From positions 2,005 to 66,004 of the forward strand of contig CAWIEL010000062.1 in assembly GCA_963835025.1 (NCBI GenBank): a stretch of 64,000 bases of DNA, given 5' to 3'. A program made the position numbers and the translations under genes. Under the pieces are notes generated by a model. It did no database searches. It was given only the letters and a program-made list of their open reading frames with translations, and was not told the origin of the DNA. The DNA comes from an uncultured Acidobacteriota bacterium (GTDB taxonomy: Bacteria > Acidobacteriota > Terriglobia > Acidiferrales > UBA7541). Shown here one piece after another: positions 10,517 to 21,224 of the stretch. Positions within the stretch are counted from its first letter, which is position 1. The number at the start of each line of letters is the position of its first letter.

Positions 10517-11722
10517 TTGAACGACGTGTTCATTTGCGATGCGGTGCGAACTCCGTTTGGACGCTACGGCGGCGCGTTGGCGACGGTGCGCACCGACGAT
10601 TTGGCGGCGTTGCCCATTCGCGCGCTGATGGCGCGGAATTCCGGCGTGGATTGGAACGCGGTGGACGACGTGCTGTACGGCTGCGCGAATCAAGCCGGCG
10701 AAGACAATCGAAACGTGGCGCGGATGGCGCTGTTGCTGGCCGGGTTGCCCAAGGAAGTGCCGGGCGCGACGATCAACCGGCTGTGCGGTTCGAGCCTGGA
10801 CGCGGTGGGAACGGCGGCGCGCGCGATCAAAGCGGGGGAAACGGAATTGATGATCGCAGGTGGCGTCGAGAGCATGACGCGCGCGCCGTTCGTAATGGCT
10901 AAGGCGGACAGCGCGTTCAGCCGGAGCGCGGAGATTTTTGACACCACGCTGGGCTGGCGCTTCGTGAATCCGGTGATGAAAGAAAAATATGGAATCGATT
11001 CGATGCCGGAGACCGCGGAGAACGTAGCCGAAGAATATGGCGTGAACCGCGCGGATCAGGATGCGTTTTCGTATCGCACACAGCAGCGCTGGGCCAGAGC
11101 GAATGCGGCGGGATTTTTTAAGAGTGAAATCGTGCCAGTGGCGATTCCGCAGAAAAAAGGCGAGGCGAAGAATTTCGATACGGACGAGCATCCGCGGCCG
11201 GAGACGACGTTGGAGGCACTGGCGAAATTGAAACCGGTGGTGAAGCCTGCGGGCACGGTGACGGCGGGTAATGCTTCCGGGATTAACGACGGGTCTTGCG
11301 CGGTGTTGCTGGCGTCCGAGAGGGCGGCGGCGAAATATAAGCTGACTCCCAAGGCGCGAGTGCTGGGTACGGCGGTTGCGGGAGTGGCGCCGCGGGTGAT
11401 GGGATTCGGGCCATCGCCGGCGACTAAGAAGCTGCTGGCGCGGACCGGGCTGAAGGTTTCGCAGATGGACGTGATCGAGCTGAACGAAGCTTTTGCGGCG
11501 CAGGCGCTGGCAGTGACCCGCGACCTGGGTTTGGCGGACGACGCGGCCCATGTAAATCCTAACGGTGGCGCGATCGCGATCGGACATCCTCTCGGCGCCA
11601 GCGGCGCGCGGCTGTTGACCACGGCGACGTATCAACTGCTGGCGACCAAATCGCGTTATGCGCTTTGTACCATGTGCATCGGCGTGGGTCAGGGCATCGC
11701 GATGATCATCGAGCGGGTCTGA
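10517..11722 (+). CDS. 3-oxoadipyl-CoA / acetyl-CoA C-acyltransferase (PaaJ/PcaF-type thiolase)
   Basis: Near-colinear with E. coli PaaJ as I recall it: NDVFICDAVRTPFGRYGGAL, CANQAGEDNRNVARMALLLAGLP, INRLCGSSLDA, NEAFAAQAL, NPNGGAIAIGHPLGASGARL, CIGVGQGIAMIIERV. I place the start at TTG 10517. The longer track ORF from 10061 is antisense to msrB. Confidence 0.9.
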   Translation: MNDVFICDAVRTPFGRYGGALATVRTDDLAALPIRALMARNSGVDWNAVDDVLYGCANQAGEDNRNVARMALLLAGLPKEVPGATINRLCGSSLDAVGTAARAIKAGETELMIAGGVESMTRAPFVMAKADSAFSRSAEIFDTTLGWRFVNPVMKEKYGIDSMPETAENVAEEYGVNRADQDAFSYRTQQRWARANAAGFFKSEIVPVAIPQKKGEAKNFDTDEHPRPETTLEALAKLKPVVKPAGTVTAGNASGINDGSCAVLLASERAAAKYKLTPKARVLGTAVAGVAPRVMGFGPSPATKKLLARTGLKVSQMDVIELNEAFAAQALAVTRDLGLADDAAHVNPNGGAIAIGHPLGASGARLLTTATYQLLATKSRYALCTMCIGVGQGIAMIIERV

Positions 11723-11728
11723 ACGCCA

Positions 11729-12454
11729 ATGACTTCCGCCTCGGGTCCCGCGCTGCGCCAAGCCGAAATTGAACTTCCTTCCGTGGTCAGCCTGAAGAAC
11801 GTCACCAAAGAATATCGCAGCGAAGGTTTGCCGGTGCGGGCGGTGGACGGAGTATCACTGGAGATACCGGCCGGCGCGTTCGTGGCATTGGTCGGCCGTA
11901 GCGGCTGCGGAAAATCCACGCTGCTGAATCTCTCCGGTGCGATGGACTTCCCTACTTCCGGCGAAGTGCTGCTGGATGGCGTGGCGACGTCGTCGCTCGA
12001 CGATGCGGGGTTGACGCGGATGCGGCGGGAGAAGGTCGGGTTTATCTTCCAATCGTTTCAGTTGCTGCCAACGCTGAGCGTGGTCGAAAACGTTGAGCTG
12101 CCGCTGCTGCTGGCGGGAAAAAGCGGCGCGCGCGAAGCGGCGAACGAACGGCTGGGTTGGGTTGAGCTGGAATCGCTGGGTAACCGCATGCCGCATCAGC
12201 TTTCCGGCGGGCAGATGCAGCGGGTGGCGATCGCGCGCGCGCTGGTACACGAACCGAAATTATTGCTGGCCGATGAGCCCACTGGAAATCTGGATAGCAC
12301 GACAGGCGATGTGATCCTGGCGCTGCTGCGGCGTATCGCTACCGAACAAAACACGGCGATGCTGATGGCTACGCACAGCACGGAAGCCGCGGCGCTGGCC
12401 GACGTCCTGGTGAAAATGCGTGACGGGCGCGTGGCCGAAGTGATCCGGCGGTAA
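11729..12454 (+). CDS. ABC transporter ATP-binding protein (LolD/MacB/AttE-like)
   Basis: Walker [10 protein letters not shown], signature [15 protein letters not shown], Walker [14 protein letters not shown]-loop MATHS. Confidence 0.9.
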   Translation: MTSASGPALRQAEIELPSVVSLKNVTKEYRSEGLPVRAVDGVSLEIPAGAFVALVGRSGCGKSTLLNLSGAMDFPTSGEVLLDGVATSSLDDAGLTRMRREKVGFIFQSFQLLPTLSVVENVELPLLLAGKSGAREAANERLGWVELESLGNRMPHQLSGGQMQRVAIARALVHEPKLLLADEPTGNLDSTTGDVILALLRRIATEQNTAMLMATHSTEAAALADVLVKMRDGRVAEVIRR

Positions 12455-12458
12455 ACGA

Positions 12459-14987
12459 ATGTCGCGCGCGATACTATTTTATCGTTTGATTGTCCGGCCG
12501 CTTTTTCGGGAACCGTTGCGCACCGCGCTTACGGTGTTGGCGGTGGCGCTCGGAGTAGCGGTCGTGTTGGCCATCGATTTGGCCGGGAATGCCGCGGCCG
12601 GTTCGTTTCGATCTTCCGTGGAAACCTTGATGGGCGATTCTGACCTGGAAGTGACTTCCACCGGCGGAGTGCCCGATGCGGTAGTCGGAACCTTGGCCAC
12701 ACTTCCGTATTCGATTCGAGTGCGGCCGCGCATTCAAGATTTTGCGACGGTGGTGACGACGGGCCAGACCGTGCCGCTGATCGGCCTCGACCTGATCGGC
12801 GAGGCTACCGACCAGCAAGTTGTGAATGTTTCCAACGGCGACGCGGCACTGAAAAATCCCGGCGACCTGGATGGCGTGTGGGTCGGGTCGAGTCTGCGGG
12901 CAACGCCCGGCACGAATATCCGGCTGTTGATCAACGATCACACGCGCGACTATCGGGTGCGCGGCGTTTTCGATGACACCCCCGAAGGCGGCGGCGTGGT
13001 GGTGATGGACATCGCCGCTGCGCAGCGTGAATTGGGGCGCGCGGGACGCGTAGACAGCATTTTATTGAAGGTGCCGGATGATCCGCCGTTGGCTGAGTGG
13101 CAAAACCGCCTGCGGGCGGCGCTACCGGCAGGAGTGATGGCGCGGGCGATTGGCAGCCGCACCAGCGAAAACCAGCGGATGCTGGCGGCGTTTCGTTGGA
13201 ATCTTCGCGTGCTGAGTTATATCGCGCTGCTGGTCGGCGCGTTTCTGATCTACAACACCATTTCGGTTTCAGTGGTGCGACGGCGCGCGGAAATCGGGAT
13301 CGTGCGCGCGTTGGGCGCCAGCCGCGGCGCCATTCTCGCGGCTTTTCTGGGCGAGGCGGCGTGTTTTGGAATCGCCGGGGCGATCTTAGGGTGCGCGCTC
13401 GGGCGGGTGCTGGCCACCGGCGCGTTGAAATTGCTTTCGGCTACGATTCAGGCGCTGTACGTCAGCAGCCGGCCGGGGGCGATTGCATTGACTTTCACTT
13501 CGCTGGCCGCCGCGATGCTGATTGGAATTGGCATGTCGATTGTGGCGGCGCTTTCTCCGGCGAGTGAGGCAGCGCGCGTTTCGCCGACGGAAGCGATGGC
13601 GCGCGGGCAGCGCGAATACGCGGCGCGCATGCGCAAAGGGCAGGACATGCTGATCGCCATGGGGCTCGCGGCGGGCGGCGTGATGTGTACCGTGCCGAAG
13701 GCCATTGGCGGCAAGCCGATATTTGGATACTTTTCGGCGATTCTGCTGATTGGGGCGGCGGCACTGGCCATTCCGGCGGTCTCCGATTACTTGCTGCAAA
13801 AATTTTCTGGGGTGTTGCAAAAAATGATCGGCGTCGAAGGGCTGCTGGCTTCGCGCAGCCTGAGTGGTTCGCTGCGGCGAACTTCGGTGCTGGTTGGCGC
13901 GCTGGCGACCGCGATCGCGATGATGACGTCGATTGGGATTATGGTGGGCAGCTTCCGCCAGACGGTTACTTCGTGGATGGACAATCAGCTGCAGGCCGAT
14001 TTGTATTTGCGGCCCGCAGGGATGCCTGCGTCCGATCAGCACCCAACGATTCCGAATGGCTTGGCCGATACGCTGTCGCATTTGCCGGGCGTGGCGGGGC
14101 TCGATCGGTTCCGCGCATACGACATCAGCTATGAGGGATTTCCAGCAACGCTGGGCGCCGCGGACTTTCACGCGGTACAACCCTTCAAGAAATCGGCGTT
14201 TCTATCGGGACGCAGCGCTTCGGATGTATACGACGATTTGCAGAATCATGATGCAGTAGTGATCAGCGAGCCATTCGCCAACAAGCATCACTTGCGGCGC
14301 GGTGATTCGATCACGCTGCCGATGGGCGAGCGGCAGGTTCGATTTCAGATCGTCGACGTCTCATACGATTACGCGAGCGAAGCGGGATACATCGTGATGG
14401 ACCGGGCCACACTGCTGCGCTATTTGCCGGATCCTGATCCTTCGAATTTGGCGATTTACATCGCGCCGGGCGCGGATTTGGCGACGGTACGCGCGGAAGT
14501 GGAGAAGGCGATGGCGGGTCACGACATTTTGATTTTTTCGAATCGCACGCTGCGCACCGAGGCGATCCAGATTTTCGACCGAACGTTTGCGATCACCTAC
14601 GCTTTGGAAGTGATTTCAATCATCGTGGCGGTGATGGGCATCGCCGGCGCTTTGCTGGCGCTGGTGGTGGACCGCCGGCGAGAATTCGGGCTGCTGCGTT
14701 TTCTGGGCGCCGCTACTTCGCAGATTCGCAAATTGATTCTGGTCGAAGCAGGGTTGATTGGGGTGCTGGCGAATCTGGTGGGGTTCACGCTGGGACTGGC
14801 GCTTTCGTTCGTACTGATTTACGTCATCAACAAGCAGTCGTTTGGCTGGACGATTCAGTTTCACTGGCCGACGGCAGTGCTGGTTGGGTCGCTGCTGGGA
14901 GTTTTTATTTCGACGATTCTGGCGGGACTGTATCCGGCGCGCATTGCGGTAGGACTGAATCCGATCGAGGTCGTGCATGAGGAGTAG
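12459..14987 (+). CDS. FtsX-family ABC permease with duplicated FtsX domains (YbbP / fused AttF-AttG-like)
   Basis: 842 aa. There are two blocks of the type [14 protein letters not shown] and [18 protein letters not shown], each followed by 3 TM helices. The start lies 4 nt after the ATPase stop. Confidence 0.9.
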   Translation: MSRAILFYRLIVRPLFREPLRTALTVLAVALGVAVVLAIDLAGNAAAGSFRSSVETLMGDSDLEVTSTGGVPDAVVGTLATLPYSIRVRPRIQDFATVVTTGQTVPLIGLDLIGEATDQQVVNVSNGDAALKNPGDLDGVWVGSSLRATPGTNIRLLINDHTRDYRVRGVFDDTPEGGGVVVMDIAAAQRELGRAGRVDSILLKVPDDPPLAEWQNRLRAALPAGVMARAIGSRTSENQRMLAAFRWNLRVLSYIALLVGAFLIYNTISVSVVRRRAEIGIVRALGASRGAILAAFLGEAACFGIAGAILGCALGRVLATGALKLLSATIQALYVSSRPGAIALTFTSLAAAMLIGIGMSIVAALSPASEAARVSPTEAMARGQREYAARMRKGQDMLIAMGLAAGGVMCTVPKAIGGKPIFGYFSAILLIGAAALAIPAVSDYLLQKFSGVLQKMIGVEGLLASRSLSGSLRRTSVLVGALATAIAMMTSIGIMVGSFRQTVTSWMDNQLQADLYLRPAGMPASDQHPTIPNGLADTLSHLPGVAGLDRFRAYDISYEGFPATLGAADFHAVQPFKKSAFLSGRSASDVYDDLQNHDAVVISEPFANKHHLRRGDSITLPMGERQVRFQIVDVSYDYASEAGYIVMDRATLLRYLPDPDPSNLAIYIAPGADLATVRAEVEKAMAGHDILIFSNRTLRTEAIQIFDRTFAITYALEVISIIVAVMGIAGALLALVVDRRREFGLLRFLGAATSQIRKLILVEAGLIGVLANLVGFTLGLALSFVLIYVINKQSFGWTIQFHWPTAVLVGSLLGVFISTILAGLYPARIAVGLNPIEVVHEE

Positions 14988-16107
14988 ATTTCTCGCATCC
15001 CTCGTGTTGTTGCTGGCGGTGAATCCCCTGGGCGCGCAGTATCGCGAAGCTCTGCCGGGTTACCGCTACGAATTTCCGCGGGACAATTTCAATCATCCGG
15101 AATTTCAAACCGAGTGGTGGTATTACACCGGGAACCTGAAGGACGCCGGCGGGCACGAATTTGGATTCGAGCTGACGTTTTTTCGCGAAGCGCTGAGCCG
15201 CGAGGAACGGGTGGCGTCCGACTGGAATGCGCCGGACGCATATCTGGCGCATCTCGCGCTCAGCGACGTCCGTGGCGGCAACTTTTACCATCGCGAGCGG
15301 CTGAATCGCGCAGGGCCGGGAGTGGCGGGGGTGAACGCGGACGCCGGGAAAATCTGGAACGGCAACTGGCAAATTGACTGGCACGGGAATACACAAAACC
15401 TTCAGGCGGTGAGCGATGCGGTCACGCTGCGGTTGCGGCTCGAATCGCAAAAGCCGCCGGTGATTCACGGAATCGACGGCGTGAGCCAGAAATCGCAGGG
15501 AGTGGGACACGCTTCGCATTACATTTCGTTGACGCGCCTGGCGACGACCGGCGAAATCGAATTGGACGGAAAGAAATTCGAAGTGAACGGTGTAGCGTGG
15601 ATGGACCACGAATTTTTCACGCAGCAATTGGGCGCGGAGCAAACTGGCTGGGACTGGTTCAGCCTACAACTCGACGACAACACCGAGCTGATGTTGTTTC
15701 GCCTTCGGCTCAAGGACGGCTCGATCGATCCGTTCTCTTCCGGGACGTACATTGATGCGGCGGGAAAGACGACGCATCTGGCGCAAAAGGACTTCACGTT
15801 GCAGCCCGAAGGCGAAACGTGGAAAAGCGAATCGAACGCGGCGGTGTACCCGATCCGCTGGCGAATCTCAGTGCCTTCTTTGAAGTTGAACCTCGAAGCG
15901 ACGACGCCGCTGAAACAGCAGGAGCTGGCCGGGAAAACTGCGTTGTCGCCGAGTTACTGGGAAGGTGCGATTCGGCTGGCTGGCGCGCGCAACGGCGCCG
16001 CGGCTGGCGGCGTGGGCTACCTGGAAATGACTGGCTACGACCATCCGGTGCAAATGGGCAAGCCGGTGACCGACGCGCTGTCGAAATCGCCGCGTCCGTT
16101 GCGATAA
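14977..16107 (+). CDS. AttH/CrtC-like lipocalin-fold secreted protein (COG5621)
   Basis: Signal peptide followed by FPRDNFNHPEFQTEWWYYTGNL..GFELTFFR and WMDHEF, as in AttH / hydroxyneurosporene-synthase-like proteins. It overlaps the permease stop by 11 nt. Confidence 0.75.
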   Translation: MRSRFLASLVLLLAVNPLGAQYREALPGYRYEFPRDNFNHPEFQTEWWYYTGNLKDAGGHEFGFELTFFREALSREERVASDWNAPDAYLAHLALSDVRGGNFYHRERLNRAGPGVAGVNADAGKIWNGNWQIDWHGNTQNLQAVSDAVTLRLRLESQKPPVIHGIDGVSQKSQGVGHASHYISLTRLATTGEIELDGKKFEVNGVAWMDHEFFTQQLGAEQTGWDWFSLQLDDNTELMLFRLRLKDGSIDPFSSGTYIDAAGKTTHLAQKDFTLQPEGETWKSESNAAVYPIRWRISVPSLKLNLEATTPLKQQELAGKTALSPSYWEGAIRLAGARNGAAAGGVGYLEMTGYDHPVQMGKPVTDALSKSPRPLR

Positions 16108-16211
16108 GCACTTCCTTCTCTTCCCCCGCGATTCTCCGCAGCAGCGAAACAGGTTTTCGAGCTTCCCGTCACCTATGCAAAGATTGGGCTGCCATTTCAA
16201 CGTAAGGAGCC

Positions 16212-18005
16212 GTGCCCATGTTTGCATCGAGAATCTTGCGGTTGTTGCTTCTGTTCATGTGTTTTGTCGCGCCGGTACTGGCGCAAAATCCGCTGCTGCC
16301 GGCGACACCGGAGAAAGCAGAGCCGGCTGTGCCAGTCGATCCGTTGGGACGCACCAACCCACGCGGCACGGTGCTGGGATTTTTGCAGGCGGCGCAGTCC
16401 GCGCATCCTGATTCGGCCGCGCAATATTTTCAAGCTTCGCGCGCGCGGCGTCCAGCGGACGACCAGCGAATCGTCCACGAACTGAAATCGTTGATGGACC
16501 GCGCCTACGTCGGCAACATCAATCGCATCACCGACCAGGCCGAAGGCACGCCGCAGGAAGGGCTGCCCTCCGATCAAGAGCGGGTGGGCAAAGTGCAGGT
16601 GAACGACGACAGCGCTGACCTGATTCTGACTCGGGTGACGGACCCGGTGTACGGGCCGATCTGGGTTTTCTCGAACGGGACCATTGCGGGCTTGCAGGAA
16701 TTGTACGGTCAGGTAGAGGCGCAACAGGTGGAATCGAAACTGCCGCAGGTTCTGGTGCGCAACGTGGTGATGGGGCTCCCGCTGTGGCAATGGATCACGA
16801 TGCTTCTGCTGGTGCCGCTGGCGATGGGCGTGGCCTGGCTTTTGATTCAGATCTTTCACGCCGGACGCGCGCTGCTGGGCTCGATTCGCCACCGCAAACT
16901 CGATTACAAGTTCAAGGCGGCTGCCTTTGGCCCGACGCTCTTGATTCTGGCGACGCTGCTGCACGCCGTGGCCATGCGTTTCGTCGGTCTTCCGCTGCTG
17001 GCGCGACACTATTACGCACAGGCAGCGGTGGTACTGCTGCTGGTGGGGGCCACTTGGCTATCGGTGCGGATCGTGGAGTGGCTGGGCGAGCGGCTGCGGT
17101 TCCGGGCGATCAGCGCGGGGCGCGCGGGTGTGGGTTCGCTGATGCTGCTGGGCCAGCGAATGCTGAAAGTAGTGCTGATTTTTGCCGGCGCGATTTTCAT
17201 GCTGGACGCGGTGGGATTTAATCTGACCACCGTGCTGGCCGGCGTTGGAATCGGCGGTATCGCCATCGCCTTCGCGGCACAGAAAACGCTGGAGAATTTA
17301 TTCGGTGGCGTGTCGGTGCTGGGCGATGAGGCGATCCGAGTGGGAGATCTTTGCCGCTTCGGGACGATTGTAGGAACGATCGAGGACATAGGGCTGCGTT
17401 CGACACGGGTGCGGACGACGGAGCGCGTGGAGCTGTCCATTCCCAATGGCGCGCTGGCGACGATGAACATCGAGAATCTTTCGAAGCGCGACAAATTTCT
17501 GTTCAACAACACCATCGGGCTGCGCGGAGATTCGTCGAAGGACCAGCTGCTCTTCTGCTTGGCTGAGATTCGCAAGTTGCTCTATGCGCATCCGAAAATC
17601 GAAGCCGAAACCGCGCGGATCCGGCTGGTCGCGTTTGGGGCTAGCTCGTTCGATATGGAAATTTTCTGCTACGTCAAAACCACTGACACGCCGACGTTTA
17701 TCGCGATTCGCGAAGATCTATTGCTGCGGATCCTGGGTATCGTGGAATCGTCGGGGACAAGCCTGGCGAATCCTTCGCAGACGGTTTATTTCACGCGGGA
17801 TCCGGGAATGAACGAAAAAGCTACAGCGGACGCGACCCGCACAGTGGAAGAGTGGAAGGCCAAGAACGTGTTTCCCTTCCCGGACTTTCTGCCGGCGGAA
17901 ATTTCCAAGCTGCGCGGAACGATTCCGTATCCGCCGGCGGATTCGGTTTTGGCGGGGGAGCAAGCTGCAGTGCCACAGCTGGGGTTAAATCTCCGGCCTC
18001 GGTAG
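16212..18005 (+). CDS. Mechanosensitive ion channel family protein (MscS-like) with periplasmic N-domain
   Basis: Signal peptide and several TM helices. The MscS core is VLAGVGIGGIAIAFAAQKTLENLFGGVSVLGDEAIRVGDLCRFGTIVGTIEDIGLRSTRVRT..VELSIPNGALA. Confidence 0.85.
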   Translation: MPMFASRILRLLLLFMCFVAPVLAQNPLLPATPEKAEPAVPVDPLGRTNPRGTVLGFLQAAQSAHPDSAAQYFQASRARRPADDQRIVHELKSLMDRAYVGNINRITDQAEGTPQEGLPSDQERVGKVQVNDDSADLILTRVTDPVYGPIWVFSNGTIAGLQELYGQVEAQQVESKLPQVLVRNVVMGLPLWQWITMLLLVPLAMGVAWLLIQIFHAGRALLGSIRHRKLDYKFKAAAFGPTLLILATLLHAVAMRFVGLPLLARHYYAQAAVVLLLVGATWLSVRIVEWLGERLRFRAISAGRAGVGSLMLLGQRMLKVVLIFAGAIFMLDAVGFNLTTVLAGVGIGGIAIAFAAQKTLENLFGGVSVLGDEAIRVGDLCRFGTIVGTIEDIGLRSTRVRTTERVELSIPNGALATMNIENLSKRDKFLFNNTIGLRGDSSKDQLLFCLAEIRKLLYAHPKIEAETARIRLVAFGASSFDMEIFCYVKTTDTPTFIAIREDLLLRILGIVESSGTSLANPSQTVYFTRDPGMNEKATADATRTVEEWKAKNVFPFPDFLPAEISKLRGTIPYPPADSVLAGEQAAVPQLGLNLRPR

Positions 18006-18119
18006 CTCGCACTCGCGAGCTCGAAGATGGGCGCGCTCGGATGCGGAATATTGCTCTTGGCGCGGGAAAAACCATTATGATGCACGCGGCCACGACCAGC
18101 CCACAGGAGAATCGCTCAG

Positions 18120-19520
18120 GTGCCTAACGAAAATTTGGGTTCCGTACCGCCCGTCACCAGTTCCGCGCACGATGCCGAGAGCACGACATTCGTCTACATA
18201 GCGGCAGCATTCGCCGCGCTCGGCGGCTTGCTCTTCGGTTACGACACCGGGGTTATTTCCGGCGCGTTGATATTTATTCAGAAAAGTTTCTCGCTGTCGG
18301 TGTTCCATCAGGGGCTGGTGGTCAGCGTGGTGCTGGTGGGTGCGGCGATTGGCGCGCTCGGCGGGGGAAGTCTCTCCGACCACATTGGCCGGCGCGCGAC
18401 GCTGCTGCTGACGTCCGTGATTTTTATTGCCGGTGCGATTCTGTGCGCGCTGGCGTCCTCCGAAAACATGCTGGTGGTGGGCCGCGCCATCGTCGGCCTG
18501 GGCATCGGGCTTTCGAGCACGACCGTGCCGGTGTACATCTCCGAAGTTTCGACGGCCAAAGCGCGCGGCTGGCAAGTTTCGCTTTTTCAACTGGCGATCA
18601 CGGTGGGAATTTTGGTCGCGTATCTGGTCGATTATGCGTTCGCGGATAGCGGCGCGTGGCGTTGGATGCTGGGCCTGGCGGTGATTCCCGGCGCGATGCT
18701 GGGCTTGGGCATGTTGTTTTTGCCGGAAACGCCGCGATGGCTGGCCCGAACTGGAAAAATCGACGCGGCGCGGAAGGTGCTGACCAAGATTCGTGGCACG
18801 CAAAATATCGAAGGCGAAATGAAGGAGATTGAAGCGACGCTGGCGAAATCGGACAGCAACGCGAGCTGGCTGGATTTGCTGAAGCCGAACGTGCGCGCGG
18901 GAATGATCATCGGCGTCGGGCTGGCGTTTTTTCAGCAAGTGACCGGGATCAATACGGTCATCTACTACGCGCCGAATATTATTCATTCGGCGGGATTGTC
19001 GTCGGTGTCTGGAGCAATTCTGGCCACGGCCGGAATCGGCCTGGTTAACGTAATAATGACCATCGTCGCGATGTGGTTGATCGACCGGGTCGGGCGGCGT
19101 CCGCTGCTGTTGGTGGGAATCGCGGGGATGGTTGTATGTCTCGGACTGCTGGGGTTGGTGTTCCGGCTGCCGGCGCACAACGAATCGCTGGCCTGGCTGG
19201 CGGTGGTCACCTTGATGGCTTACGTGGCGTTTTTTGCCATTAGCCTGGGTCCGATTTTCTGGCTGCTGATTTCTGAAATTTTTCCACTGGAAATTCGCGG
19301 ACTGGCGGAAGGCACGGCGGCAGGCTCCAACTGGGTGGCGAATTTTGCGGTTTCACTAACCTTCCTGTTGCTGGTGCAGGCGTTCGGGCCTAGCTTGACG
19401 TTCTGGCTGTACGGCGTGATGGCGGTGGCGGCATGGCTGTTCTCGTATTATCTGGTTCCAGAAACCAAGGGCCGCAGCCTGGAAGAAATCGAGGAGTCGC
19501 TGCGCGGAAAAGCGGCGTAG
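18120..19520 (+). CDS. MFS sugar porter family transporter
   Basis: GLLFGYDTGVISGA, GRRATLL, LPETPRWL and VPETKGRSLEEIE are the classical sugar-porter signatures. The protein has 12 hydrophobic segments. Confidence 0.9.
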   Translation: MPNENLGSVPPVTSSAHDAESTTFVYIAAAFAALGGLLFGYDTGVISGALIFIQKSFSLSVFHQGLVVSVVLVGAAIGALGGGSLSDHIGRRATLLLTSVIFIAGAILCALASSENMLVVGRAIVGLGIGLSSTTVPVYISEVSTAKARGWQVSLFQLAITVGILVAYLVDYAFADSGAWRWMLGLAVIPGAMLGLGMLFLPETPRWLARTGKIDAARKVLTKIRGTQNIEGEMKEIEATLAKSDSNASWLDLLKPNVRAGMIIGVGLAFFQQVTGINTVIYYAPNIIHSAGLSSVSGAILATAGIGLVNVIMTIVAMWLIDRVGRRPLLLVGIAGMVVCLGLLGLVFRLPAHNESLAWLAVVTLMAYVAFFAISLGPIFWLLISEIFPLEIRGLAEGTAAGSNWVANFAVSLTFLLLVQAFGPSLTFWLYGVMAVAAWLFSYYLVPETKGRSLEEIEESLRGKAA

Positions 19521-19527
19521 ACAGAAA

Positions 19528-19554
19528 AGAGGCGAGCCAATGCGGCTCGCCTCT
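19528..19554. terminator. Bidirectional rho-independent terminator
   Basis: Perfect 11-bp stem: agaggcgagcc (19528-19538) pairs with ggctcgcctct (19544-19554) around a 5-nt loop. It is T-rich downstream on both strands and sits between convergent genes. Confidence 0.65.
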
Positions 19555-19591
19555 TCCCTGCTTTCCATTTTCCCTTTTCTAGTTCCCGTCT

Positions 19592-20053
19592 TCAGATTTT
19601 GGGAACGTCGATTCCCAACGCGGTGGCCAAAGCAATCGCATGATCCTGCTCGTCAAGCAAGATTTCGCGAATGTGCTCGCCGACCGCAAATTCTTCCAGC
19701 TCCTCGCATTGATCGACGCGGGTGCGGTAGTTGCGGATGGTTTCCGTTTCGTTTTCGAGATCGAAGCGCAGCATGTCCTTGGCCTTATCCGAGGTTTTCA
19801 CCGGCTTCGGCGCGGCGACCGGCTTGCCCCCGAGGTAATCGATCTGGTTGCAGATGATCAGCGCGTGGGCCAACTCCTCGTGCGCGTGCTTTTCCAGTTC
19901 GCCGGCGATGTTCATATATTCAGCGCCCTTGAGCACCTGGGAATAAACCACGTACGAGATGATGGCCTGGTATTCGCGCGCGAGGTCTTCGTTGAGACCG
20001 GCGATTAGATCTTCGCGGGTCACTTTCTTCCCTTCAGTCTTCTGTGCGGTCAT
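19592..20053 (-). CDS. Ferritin-like / bacterioferritin-like domain protein
   Basis: MTAQKTEG..LNEDLAREYQAIISYVVYSQ..ELEKHAHEELAHAL..FDLENETETIRNYR..LLDEQDHAIAL shows a four-helix di-iron ExxH pattern. Start taken at the internal ATG (20053). Confidence 0.75.
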   Translation of the reverse strand: MTAQKTEGKKVTREDLIAGLNEDLAREYQAIISYVVYSQVLKGAEYMNIAGELEKHAHEELAHALIICNQIDYLGGKPVAAPKPVKTSDKAKDMLRFDLENETETIRNYRTRVDQCEELEEFAVGEHIREILLDEQDHAIALATALGIDVPKI

Positions 20054-20206
20054 TCGATTCTCCTGGAAGTTGAAATTGCAAACGGGGATCGGTCGGAACA
20101 AATTAAGGAAATCTTAGGGAAGCTTGCAACGAGAATCAGCCCAAGGCCAGCCGTTTCACACGGCCGGCCCCGGGCCGAAGAGTGCAATCAAACCAAGGCG
20201 AACGAT

Positions 20207-20512
20207 TTAGGCGTTCTTGGCCTGGCGATAGGCTTTTTCGGCCTGATCCGCCGCTTCTTGCACGTGCGAGCGAGCGTCGTCGACGGTCTGCTGCGCGCGG
20301 CGAGCCCACTTGCGGCCCTGGGCGGAAAGCTGGTCGACGCCATCACGCGCGGAGCCGACGGCCTGATCCAAGCCATCTTTCGCGGTGCCGATCAAGTAGT
20401 CGCGGGTATCTTCGCCCGACTGTGGCGCGAACAAAACACCCAACGCGGCGCCCACTCCGATTCCGATAACGAACGCCGAAATTGTTTCCGGCCAACGATT
20501 ATTTCTGCTCAT
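20207..20512 (-). CDS. YtxH domain-containing protein
   Basis: An N-terminal TM (ISAFVIGIGVGAALGVLFAPQSGEDTRDYL) is followed by a helical, LEA-like tail. This is the typical YtxH architecture. Confidence 0.75.
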   Translation of the reverse strand: MSRNNRWPETISAFVIGIGVGAALGVLFAPQSGEDTRDYLIGTAKDGLDQAVGSARDGVDQLSAQGRKWARRAQQTVDDARSHVQEAADQAEKAYRQAKNA

Positions 20513-20601
20513 TTGATTCCTCCTGCTGGAATTTTGCTCCTGGTTATCGAACGAGGGAGACGGCGAAGGCCGCCTCCCTTGCTTTGGATGCTCGAGACCC
20601 A

Positions 20602-21171
20602 CTAGACGGTACCTGCGGCGCGACCCACCGGAGGAATGTCTGACGACTTGGAACTGGATTCGCCCGTCGACGAAATGTCTTCGGCGCCGGCCGCTTTCAT
20701 TACGTCCTTGGCGCGTTTGATTTCGTCCGACGTGTCGCAGTGTACGGAGAGAAGAATACCACCTTTCGCGACCCGTCCTTCATAACGCTTGGCTTCGAAC
20801 TCAGGGATGCCCAAGCCGATCAAAGCTCCGGTGAAACCGCCGACTGCTCCGCCCACGCCGAGTCCGGCCAAGGCGGCCATGATCGGTCCTGCGGCGATGA
20901 GCGGACCTACGCCCGGGATAGCCAATGCGCCGATTCCGGCGAGAAGGCCGAGCGTGCCGCCCAGAACTGCTCCGGTGCTGGCCCCGGCCGTGGCGCCTTC
21001 AGGAGCCTTGGTGGATTTTTCCGTACCTATTTGCTTGGTGCCCAGATTTTCCGGAAGCAGCGCCGAAATATCGGAGGCTGAGAAACCTGACTTAACCAGG
21101 AAATCCGTTGCGTTGTCCGCGCTAGATAGCGAAGTAAATATGCCGAATACTGCCGTCTTCTTATTGTCCAT
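20602..21171 (-). CDS. Glycine-zipper membrane stress protein (YflT/GSP17M-like ends)
   Basis: N-terminal AVFGIFTSLSSADNATDFLVKSGF, a central Gly/Ala zipper (GGTLGLLAGIGALAIPGVGPLIAAGPIMAALAGLGVGGAVGGFTGALIGLGIP) and a C-terminal EAKRYEGRVAKGGILLSVHCD. The family name is from memory. Confidence 0.55.
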   Translation of the reverse strand: MDNKKTAVFGIFTSLSSADNATDFLVKSGFSASDISALLPENLGTKQIGTEKSTKAPEGATAGASTGAVLGGTLGLLAGIGALAIPGVGPLIAAGPIMAALAGLGVGGAVGGFTGALIGLGIPEFEAKRYEGRVAKGGILLSVHCDTSDEIKRAKDVMKAAGAEDISSTGESSSKSSDIPPVGRAAGTV

Positions 21172-21224
21172 GGTGGATCTCCTTTTACTTTTCGTTCTTA
21201 GGAATTTTTACGCATTAAAACCGC

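Noticed and set aside
10469-11761. 430-aa ORF on the minus strand covering the whole thiolase gene
   Set aside because: It is extremely Arg/His/Gln-rich with no recognisable motif, and it is exactly antisense to a thiolase that is nearly colinear with PaaJ. This is a typical shadow ORF of high-GC DNA. The same applies to 13386-14180, 16197-17009, 18075-19178, 23557-24519, 24787-25557, 39480-40292, 42063-42869 and 58531-59364.
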